DNA of 64,000 nucleotides. It comes from Auanema rhodensis. Taxonomy: Eukaryota; Animalia; Nematoda. Position numbers and translations under genes: made by a program. Below are positions 53,901 through 64,000 of the stretch, one piece after another. The stretch's first letter is position 1, and each line of letters begins with the position of its first letter. The notes beneath the pieces were generated by a model. It was not told where the DNA came from and did not search any database. It was given only the letters and a program-made list of their open reading frames with translations. The stretch spans positions 7,440,001-7,504,000 of the forward strand of contig OZ059897.1 in NCBI GenBank assembly GCA_964057225.1, in the 5' to 3' direction.

Positions 53901-56533
53901 AGTATAAAACTATCAGCGTTAAGAGAATGAGTATGAGATTGAAAGAGAGATTGAAGTGTGAATGAAAAACGTAATACATCAAAAGAAATGAGAGAAACAG
54001 ACACAAAGAGAAATCTAAAGAAATATATAAAGCATGTTCGTATGAGAGAGAAAGAGTGAGCAAGAAACTACTATGAGCTGACAAGCTGACAAATAGAAAG
54101 GCTTTTAACCGATTCAAAGACATCCATAATCCATTACGCATAACGATTTTCATAATTATGTGTGAGAATGACTATATAATACTATATTTATATAGATAAA
54201 ATGCTCAAAACAAAATATTACTATATAGCATAGATTAAGTTTATTTTTCTATTTTTTTTGGAGACAAAAAAATATTTTTAAGCTTCTTATATTCCAGCTC
54301 TTATCATTGTCCTCACACTTTTCTAGTTCAAAATACTAAACCGAAATTCGAAACCATGGTCAATTTCAAAAAACGCTCTGTTACATATTGAAGTTGGAAA
54401 CCAAGACAATATTTTCGTAAAATGAATAACTAATTCGTTTGAACTGGACGGATTGCCGAGGAGACCAGATGGGCTATTCTCTTCGACCAACTAGATCTAA
54501 AACTCATAGCTGTTTTACTATTTCTGCCACCAAGTTGCTTTAAATCTTGCTGGAATGCAGATTTTCAAAATGTCTTCAAATTGCAATGAAATTCCATTCA
54601 ATGACATCCGCTCTTTAGGTCACTCGGATGCTATATGCCCTCTACCATTAAAACAAGACCATTCGTTCTGGTGTCACGTCAATGGTGAACAACCTGTCCA
54701 AAGAACGGCATCATGAGAATTATGTGAGTTTGACGTGGTCAGAGTTCTTCGCAGAATAACAATTATGAAAAGTTGCAGAAGATATATTCGGATAGCATTT
54801 AAATTGAGAGAGGAGCAGAGATACAGAGATATGTTATAGTAATTGGGAGTTGTTAGTCGATAAATGCCCATGTAAACTTCATAAAGATACCGCTCAACAT
54901 ATAATTGGCAATTTGCCTACTGATTAGAGACAAAGTATTGGTTCGTACATGATTCTTATACTATATTTGGTCAATTTCCAACGTTATTTTATTATAGTTG
55001 TATCTGTCAAACATGGTATATTGAAGAATATAGATGAATATTTGCTTTTATATCCTTATTATACAGTTATTAAACAATTGAATAGACATGTATATATATA
55101 TAGAACATTTTCTTTATAATCAAAATGCATGTGTATTTGCTCAATGAAAATAGAAATTCCAAAACTAATAGAGGACACTATCAAATTAATTAGAAAACAT
55201 GAACTTTTTTTTTTCTTTTTTTCTTTTTTTGAAAATTCTTAGAACATAACGAGAGGTTAGTTTGTAGTTCAATTTGTGAACTGAATCTATGCAATCAATA
55301 TATCGTTGTTGACATTCTATTTGGAAATAAAAATTAGGAAATAAAATGGAACTAGTTAGTTGAAATACATACAAAGAGATATAACGAAGTGAGAAAAAAT
55401 ATTTGGACAATTGATAACAGAAATCGGAGAACGAATATGCTTATAATGATAGTAGCAATACAAACTTAACAGATCATCTTTCCAGTTTCTTTGAACGAAA
55501 AAGCTATCATTGTCATTAGTTCTCCTATTTCCTTGAAAATTGAAATTATCGTTTTTAGAGAAGAAATAAGCGGAAAATGAGTTGAAAATGTAGAAAGAAG
55601 GCTAATTTGCCGACGCTTGTTGCGCGTTAGAAAAGCTATTGACCTCTTATATCTTCTTTTTTCTTTTATATTCATCGATAGTTACGACTAGTTTCCTTTT
55701 TTTCTTGACTTTTCTTTTAAAAAACATACAAACTTTATATATATATATATATATCAATATAATAAATGTTAGAGTGCTCAAAAGCATATGTTCAAAATGT
55801 TTGATTCACGTGTAATTTGAGGTAAAATTATTTGAATTAGAAATGCTATATGAGTGGTTGTGAGCAAATAAAACTTCAGAAAAATATTAAAGAAACAACA
55901 AAAATATTTTAAAAATCTACTAAGAATAAGAGATGCTTTTGTTCATATGCTTCAAAAAATGAATGTTTTCTTCATATTTCACAATAGATATTGTTGTTTT
56001 GAACAAAAAATAACATTTAAATCAAAAATGCATGAAGTATTTCAATTTATTCCAAACATTGAAAAATTTGCTGTTAAAATGATAGATCGAATTGATGAAA
56101 CATTTGGATATTTGTGATTTATGTCAACAACAACAGGCGTAACATTTGCATTTACACCAACAGGCGCTTGTTGAACCGATGATGCCATATCTCAGTTTCA
56201 CCTTTACGCTTGTATCTCTTTCAAATTCCTATTCTTCAAAAGAGAAGTTATTTAATCTCTTTGACAGCATGTCTTATTGAAGAACATATGTATATAACAG
56301 CTTATTTACTTGGCATCATTAAACTATATCCGTATATATCAACTAACTTTCTTATATTTCACTGGCTTCTTTTTGGGCTGTCCTCCCGATGGTCCTGTGC
56401 CGGAAGGTCCTGGGGCAACGGGATTACCAGAAACGGCCGTTATGTAGCTTTCAGTCTTCTGCCCACGATCAACTTCATAAAAGCGTGGTGTTTTGCCCTC
56501 CGGTCCTGGCATCAGGCTATCTGATGCACTCAT
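47996..56533 (-). CDS. atgp: Heteromeric amino-acid transporter heavy chain (SLC3/rBAT/4F2hc-like; alpha-amylase-like ectodomain), multi-exon
   Basis: Cytoplasmic [21 protein letters not shown], single [26 protein letters not shown], bridging Cys [15 protein letters not shown]|[24 protein letters not shown] lacks the GH13 nucleophile Asp. [14 protein letters not shown]; ends FKYPA*. Confidence 0.9.
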
Positions 56534-58471
56534 TGCAAGTCTGCAAGATGACAAAAAAATGAATGATAGAGAGAGAAAAACAGAAAAAGCTGAATAACAA
56601 ATGGCATGAAATGTTCAAAAAATTATTTGAGTGGCAGGAATTGGTGACATAAAATATACGAAAGAGTATGCATAGAAGACCTGGAAGTAGCAAGTAAATT
56701 GACGGAAACGAAGTAGCAATGGCTTAAAGGGTTCATCTGCTTCTTTCTCTCTTTTTATTTCTCCTTATTGCTTTTATCTCCTCTTTCTTACTATTTCAAA
56801 TGACATTTTTCTAAACAACCGAATCAATAGAATGGCGCGTTCAAACATGAAGATAGACGTTCATGAATAAGCAATTTAATCATGAAGATTAGCAAGAAAA
56901 TAACCAAAAAAAAATCTTTTTAATTTGGTAGTCGTTCAATAGACAAGCAAATGAAATCTAATTATTCAGATTTTTAGTGAATGGTGCTTGCATTAAATGA
57001 TTTTCGGTGGTTTTCAAAATTGAAACAGATAGTTGCAAACTAGGACGAAGGGAGGCGAAGAGGGAGCTGGCTGAGTTTTGTTCTATTCAGCTCGTTGCAT
57101 GAAATTTCATCGATTGTAATGAATGTAACTACGAGATATCGGAATCAGTTTCGAACACATATGACCATATGAGGCAATAATAATAACAAAAAAATATTAT
57201 AAACAAAAATTCAGACATTGACCAAGTATATAACGAATGTAAAATTGTAATGAAAAAGAGCATTTTTGTCAATTTTTCAACAACAATATTTAGATGAAGT
57301 TAAATAAATTGTTGGAATATATAGAAGATGGTGTGGATTGAAGCTTAGTTTTCGATAAATATACAACTGGAGATGGAGAGGCTAACGGAGAAGTGAGGCG
57401 GGTATTAAAATGACTAAATCCTAGAACATCTGGCAACTAATAAGGTGAGTGAAGCATGACTAATCATTTTCCGCACAGGAAATAAAGAAATAGAAAGAAA
57501 TAACAGAAAAAGAACAATGACTAGAGAAATAGCATGTCGAAAACACAAGACTTAACGGAAGTTGTGATCATGACTTGACCCAGAACACCCTGAGAGAGTC
57601 AAAATAGCGTTTCAATTAGTCTGTAAAATTTGTTAATTAGAGATTTAAAAACTTTTGAATATCAGTGATGTCGACCATAAACTTTTCTCTTTCCAAGCAT
57701 GCGTTGTGCGAAAAGAGACAGCCGTCGTGGGAGTTGAGCTAGGGGAAAAGGGTGTAAGTCTAGTAGTAGCCAGGAACAGGCGGAGACTGAGGCGGGGCGC
57801 ACGGGCGCTGACAGAGACGCAGGGCAAATGTGTGTATCTGTGTAGAGGAGACCACTGAATGAAGACAACAACTTGCTGATCATGGAAGACGTTGCTGTTG
57901 GTATTGTTCTAAAGCTGATGATGATGTAAGTGATGAGAGTTGTGGCCAGGAATCGCTGAAAGCTTAAGGCGACAACAAAATTAAATGCGAACAGCATAAG
58001 TTGTAGAGAGACAATTATCTGTCTATAGTCATATTATAAATAAGCCGAGCAGCTTGATTCAACATTCTGCTGGAGTTATTCCATCCATCTTGCCGCTATC
58101 ATGAAACGTTTCCTTAAAGGCTTTCCATCACATAAACTTTAGCAGGATCGAGACAACGCATCAAGACTCAGATTGGTGGCATTGTGTATATGTACGTCAG
58201 TCAATGGCAACAGAAAAACGGAGAAGAAAGAAGGCATAGGTCGAATGGGTGTGTTTGGTTGACTGAATAACGCTCCTCACTCTCGTTTTCAATTTTCCCT
58301 TTTATGTCTGATACCGGTCTTAGCAAGATGAAAAGTATATGAAGTGATGAATGAATTTTGAATCTTTCATTTTCATAAAATTCAACAAAACAGTTAAAAT
58401 AACAATATTAAGAAAACACAAGAAAACAAAAAAGAAATACAATTACCTGCCACATATTAAGAAAATAACTT

Positions 58472-61400
58472 TTATTCATTTGGCGGTGAGTTGCTAGCAT
58501 TATTAAATGCTTCATCAATAGCCTGAAATCACAAGTTTAGTTTGAATTTGAATCTTTCAATCCAAAACGAAACTAACTTCTGTATAGTTTTCTTTATGTT
58601 TTCCATCCCAATACACCTTGCCACAATCGCTGCACACGTAGAAGAACCGATGGATAAGATGAAAAACTTGTTCCGGAACTTTTTCAATTAAACAAGGATT
58701 TCCGTCATCTTTCTCACGGTGAAGAATAATATTTCGACTGAAAATTAAAAGTTGTCAAACGTACATAACTTACAATATTTTAACGTTATATCAACTACTC
58801 CATCTTCCACAGATGCCGACAACCATTCAGGATTCTCGACAGGCCTATCAATACGAAAGGGGATTGGATTTACAGTAGTTCTGCTAGCACTTTCTAATTT
58901 GGTAAACCAATCTGAATTTTTAAAACAGATTATTTAGGAAGAGCAAGTGATGATACATTCATAATCGAATGGATCTTCATGGAAAGGGTGGCTGCAAATA
59001 ACGTGACAGTAATGTAAAGCACGAAGAACAATTGAAGGAACTCTGACAAACTTATCACAGTTACATTCCTGTAAATAATTCAGATCATCATTAACATAAC
59101 TTTTCTGATTACTTACAATGCACCTAGAAAATATTGATGAAGCGTCGAACACCAAGTTGTACTTCTCAACTACTTTCTTCAATTGAGTCAAAGGATTGCA
59201 TGCGACATTTTGAATACAAACAACCCTAGATGGAAATTGTGCCTTTAGCTACAACAAGTTTACATTCATTACTTAATTAACATCAATTTTTACCGCATCA
59301 TAGGATCTACCAGCAGTGAAAATCACCCTATCGGGACGCTTTAATGCTTGCTCGCTTACATGGGGCTTTGAATCACACATAATAACATTAACACCTATCC
59401 GTCTGTAAGAACTTTAAAAGTGAAACTTATTAATTAACCAATACCGCAAATTTTTGCCTAATCCTCGTAGCATCATATCAACAATACATTTAAGATCTCC
59501 AGGCTTTCTTGGGCAGGATATATCACCTATTACTTTGCTGTTGAGTGCCTGGGAGTTTGATATGCAAAATGTATGGTCATCAAACGTACCTCAACACAAT
59601 CAGCCCAATTCATATCTTCTACTCGGGGAGCTTTATCTCTTTTAATCTTAGGCTTTTTCATTGAATTTATAGTAGCCCCAGCGATAAAATCATTTAACAC
59701 AAGGCCTCGCTCACTAAAAATTAAATTGTATACTGTAACAATTTAAAGGTAAATTATTACATTGATAGTAACTTGATTTTTTCAAATAATCCAATCAAAA
59801 TATATGCATCCATTGCAGCATAACGTTTCTGTTCCTTCCTTAGAGGTCTTGCTGACCAATTTGAGCACTGGAGTAAATAGAGTTTTCCATCATTACTGAC
59901 TAGTAGAGATGATAGCGTAGCGAGAATGTGCAGCGATGTCCGAGTGGTTAAGGAGTTGGACTTGAAATCCAATGGGCATTGCCCGCGTAGGTTCGAACCC
60001 TGCTCGCTGCGTATGTTTTTGCATTTTGTAAATTTATATTAAAAACGGCGAAACAATATTTAAACCAAACTTTAAAAACTTTAAGAAAGATACCTGCTCA
60101 GCTTTGCTTATTTTTTTCCCGCATAGTAATAGGGACAAAGTACTCAATCCAAAATGGATAATATCCGTATTTCCTATGTCATGATCAGTTAGGGAACCAT
60201 CTTGACTCCTTGATAATTCTACAAAGAAATATTAAAAATCAACCATATTCTTAATGATTTACGGGAAAAATCCACAAATGTCTCATCCACTTGTAGAATC
60301 TGAATTCCGATATTTTTGTATGAATTTCAAAGACCGAACCTACGTTTTCAACAAGACGTTTCAAACACAGAACGTTGCTCCTCTCCACGATGTGAGAGAT
60401 TTTATTAAATGGAGGAGTATCAAAAATTATTCTCATATCATTGATGAAATCAAATCCTACAATATTTTTTAAAGCGCTAACATTATAGGCTAATTTACCA
60501 AGTTTGATGGCTCTCCCACATAGTAAAGTATCAAAAAACTTCTCAAATTGTTCCATAGTAAGAAGTTGTTCTAGTGTTATGAAATCCACAAGAAACGTTT
60601 CATTTCCTAAAGAGCACTGCAAGATCGCAGCACTACAAATCTCTCATTTTACAACATTAATTATAAAGAATATTAACCCTTCGCATTGTACTGTAGGCTT
60701 ATTTTCTGAATCTAAACCAATAATTTCAGTTTTTGAAATTTTCTCCATAAGATTTTCCATTTTTTCCCAAGTATCAACTATAATAATAGGATGGCCTTCG
60801 TGCAAGATTAAGTCACTATCTTCAATTTTTTGCTGATATCTATTATTAAAAGCACGCATAGTATTCATTAAATAAAAACATACTGTTTAACTTTCTCTTC
60901 AGCTAATGAGTATATATCAGGATTATTGTCAACGTAATTTCGCAAAGCAGGAAAATCGTTCAACGACAATCTATACACGATAATCCATCTTAGCGCATCG
61001 TCCCTTCAAAAGATATTTAGTGATTACAAATTGGAAAAACATACAAGTAATCATTTCGTATAAGTCTGTCTAGAAGAAAGGGAAGGGCACGGTCTTTATT
61101 TTGATCGATATTCGTCTGAAATGCTTATTATTTATTAGAATTAGAAGATATGAGCCTTCATCTGATCATAATAAGCTTCGTCACTCATCGGATCATCATC
61201 CTTGAACCTGAAGAAAAAAAAACTACAAATCTGACCAGAAGCAAAAACCAATAACCTGTTATGAATGTTAAATCGTATACTTCCCAACAAGCGAAGAGTA
61301 GCAAGATTAGGAGCTAAACTTCGATCTAACTTCAATACGATCAAAATTCTGTTCACTAGCTTTTCCAAAGATCTTCCTATAAGGTACACATGAGTTCGAC

Positions 61401-62444
61401 TGAGTTTGAATAAAAACCATAAAAACGCTCAAAACTCAGAGTCATGATGCGAAGTTCTTTATAAGGAGTTAACAATTTCTCAATCTCTGAGTATGATCTA
61501 TTAACGAAGTCATCAAAAAATTTTATCAACGCAATCTGCAACACAAGCATAGATCTGTTCAATTTATGTAATGTTACTTTCAGATGTTCGGCTTTAGGAT
61601 CTTTTTTTAGAATTTCCATTACTATTTCGCTCTTATCTTGTAGAAAGCAAGGAATAATAAAATCATATATGTCGTATTTATGAAATAGATCATAATGACA
61701 AGCCAGTTCCATCGCTTCTTTAAAATTTTTTTTAGTATTGAGGTCCTTAAAAAAGCAATGAGGTTATAGCAATAAGTAGAATATACCTTAATACGAGCAG
61801 TTTGTTCAATTCTCATATCTTCATCATCGAACTGATAGATTTCAGACATAAGGTTAAGAAACGTTAAATGACTGCGAGTAAATGTAGTCAAAGCTGCTTT
61901 CTAAAGTATATTAATGTGCGAATTTTTAAAACTAAACGGCACCCTTATTTCCATTGTTAAATATTTATCTTTTAGTTCTGCGAGATCATTTTTTATTACC
62001 CAACTTTTGAAGTAACTGATAACAAGACCTAAGGTGGATATATAAAAAATAGAACAATTTCTTTCACACTACCTGATAAAGAATTAAGCTTGGTTGATTT
62101 GTGATCGGGTAAACATTCGTACAATGGAAGAATATCCTTCAATGGATTTTCACAGCTCTCAAGAATACTATAAACAATGCTTTGTAGACGTTCTTCTTTA
62201 ATTGTATCGTCTTCTTCGGCTATAAACACATCCTTAAATATTCCCATCATAATAATACTGAAGATGTTGAAGTGAATACCTTCAATAGTTTCCGTTGATT
62301 ATCAACGATTGGATCACAGTATTCTAATTTTCTCAAAGCCATTTTTTCTTTTCTAGTTTTTGGCTTAGGGGGAGAATTTTCTTCTTGCCGTTGATTAGAA
62401 ACATCATCAATAGTTTCGGTAAAAGAACTATTACCATGAGCCAT
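58472..62444 (-). CDS. mut-7: MUT-7/EXD3 3'-5' exoribonuclease (DEDDy exonuclease + Mut7-C domain), multi-exon
   Basis: ExoI IIGLDSENKP, ExoII GFDFINDMR, ExoIII CSNWSARPLRKEQKRYAAMDAY. Mut7-C: KCIVDMMLRGLGKNLRRIG, Zn ribbon SRCI|ECN...FYVCSDCGKVYWDGKH. Helical N-terminal region. Confidence 0.93.
59930..60011 (+). tRNA. tRNA-Ser (TGA), antisense within a mut-7 intron (59868-60093)
   Basis: GCAGCGA...TCGCTGC acceptor with discriminator G; anticodon arm TTGGA-CTTGAAA-TCCAA; long variable arm GGGC-ATT-GCCC; GGTTCGAACC T loop; TTTTT terminator at 60016-60020. Confidence 0.97.
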
Positions 62445-63008
62445 TAAAATAGCTTCTTAAATTAAAAAAACATTTTTGAAAGCATTAATGCTTTTTGTAA
62501 ACGTCAAATTTGGGTAAAGCATTTAAAACAAAAGTAAACTAAATGTACAAAACACTTTCAATGACAAAAAATGTCAAAACGCGTAGTGACGAGGAAAACT
62601 TTTTTTAAAAACTTTAAGTTTTATAATATTCATTAGAATTTAAAAGTACGCTTAACTTCGTATTCAGAATGTTATTTTGCGATGATATTAACTACAATAT
62701 TCTATTTCATTGAAAAACGGTAATGATATTGTCAATTTAGATAATTTACCGTTCTTCACAACGAAAAATAATATTTAAGACGGTTAGCGGTTATCCGAGT
62801 TCTCTAATCATTTTTATAAAATTTCGATATCTGTCATAGGAATGGTCGTAGATACAAACAACACACTGGGTCACGTACAAACATATCGTTGGTCACACAA
62901 AGTATTTAATTTTTTTACGGCATAATTAATTTCCAACTATTTTTAATTTTTTGTTTCATTTACATTATTGTATTTAATAAAAGAAAGCATTTCAGGCAGT
63001 TTTTAAAC
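62445..63008. promoter_or_regulatory. Head-to-head intergenic region (putative bidirectional promoter/outrons) between mut-7 and TFIIS
   Basis: Divergent start codons separated by 564 bp. TTTCAG trans-splice-like acceptor at 62990-62995 upstream of the TFIIS ATG. Confidence 0.6.
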
Positions 63009-64000
63009 ATGTCATGTGAAGCAGAAGTTCTAAGCATTGGTTGTAAATTGGATAAAATTTTATCAGGAAGTAAACCTGTGAGTGATTATACTATGAATAT
63101 TATATAGTGTTAGGATTATTCGATTTTTTAAAATCTCTTTTTTAATTAATGGTGACCGCACAACTACAGTAATTAAGTTATTTTATTAGTAATTATATTC
63201 TTCGATTAATTTATCCATGTTGTTTTTGCTATTTTGACGGTTATTTTTATACAATAATTTAAATGAATTTAAGGCTGAAGATGCATTGGAGTTATTAAAT
63301 GCTTTGAGTCGTTTGCCAATCACTCTAGAAGTATTGACAGTAAGCTAACAACTTTCGTAAACATTTTTATGAATTATTTTCAAGAATACTCAAATTGGAA
63401 AGAAACTCAATGAGTTTCGTAAAAAAACAAGCGATGATAAATTAGCTAAACTTGCCAAAAACTTGATCAAAGAATGGAAGAATCTCATTGACAAAAAAGA
63501 TAGTGGCGAAAAGGTATTTCTAACCCTACTTTTTAAATATTTTTATGTTCGATAGATGCCTCGAAACGACTCGACTGCTTCTAATCTTTCTTCAAAAAGT
63601 AAAGAAATTATTACCCCTAAAGAAAATAAAAAAGAAGACAAACCTCCTGTATCGCTTCCGTCAAGTTCGAATGGGGCTTTCCCACCCAAACATCTGATTA
63701 ATGATGATGTAAGAACTTTAGTGAGCTATGCACGTAATTTTAAAGTCTAATATAGGTTCGTGGCAAGTCCGCTCAAATGATTTTGAATGCTCTACGTTAT
63801 ACTGATTTACCTGATGGGACACATGACCCTGAAGGTTTAGCTGTTGAAATTGAACAAGCTTTATATGATGCAAGTTTGATCTTCAATTTTTTTTTCATTA
63901 TGAATTTTTGAAGACGCACAAAGGTACAAATGATAAATATAAAGCCGGTTTACGTAGTCGCGTTTTCAATCTGCGTGACAAAAAAAACACTGCTCTCAGG
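63009..64000 (+). CDS. TCEA1: Transcription elongation factor S-II (TFIIS), 5' part, truncated by the window end
   Basis: Domain I: ALELLNALSRLPITLEVLT|NTQIGKKLNEFRKK...LAKNLIKEWKNL. Domain II: VRGKSAQMILNAL...LAVEIEQALYD|THKGTNDKYKAGLRSRVFNLRDKKNTALR. Confidence 0.93.

Noticed and set aside
57518-57540. TGACTAGAGA matches the 5' end of the miR-44/45 (miR-279) family
   Set aside because: The match ends after ~10 nt and there is no complementary arm to form a pre-miRNA hairpin.
57662-57997. 111-aa minus-strand ORF upstream of atgp
   Set aside because: No recognisable domain and intron-less in an intron-rich genome; better explained as GC-rich promoter/outron sequence.

Overview
AT-rich, intron-dense eukaryotic DNA that reads as a rhabditid-type nematode genome: ~42-50 nt introns, trans-splice-like acceptors just upstream of start codons, a serpentine chemoreceptor, and mut-7, atgp and MATH-BTB genes. 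I spliced 13 protein-coding genes by eye. On +: WCPPC thioredoxin, DNAJC11, a BRI3/LITAF-like protein, a secreted ShK + nitrobindin(THAP4-like) protein, a GDSL/SGNH hydrolase-like protein, an Sra-superfamily GPCR, an orphan three-finger-like membrane protein, and TFIIS (cut by the window edge). On -: peroxisomal GNPAT, a MATH-BTB protein, an orphan EGF-like type I membrane protein, an SLC3-type heavy chain (atgp) and MUT-7/EXD3. There are also two tRNA genes (His-GTG; Ser-TGA inside a mut-7 intron), many (GA/TC)n microsatellites, a 121-bp duplicated element and a possible decayed env-bearing retroelement. I found no unambiguous new multi-gene system. The best leads are an SGNH protein lacking its catalytic His (and probably its oxyanion Asn), the ShK-nitrobindin gene with an apparently duplicated alternative exon, two orphan cell-surface proteins, frequent AAG/TAG 3' splice sites with one GC-AG intron, and a genome-encoded G-1 on tRNA-His. 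All gene models and family calls come from manual reading; no searches were run.
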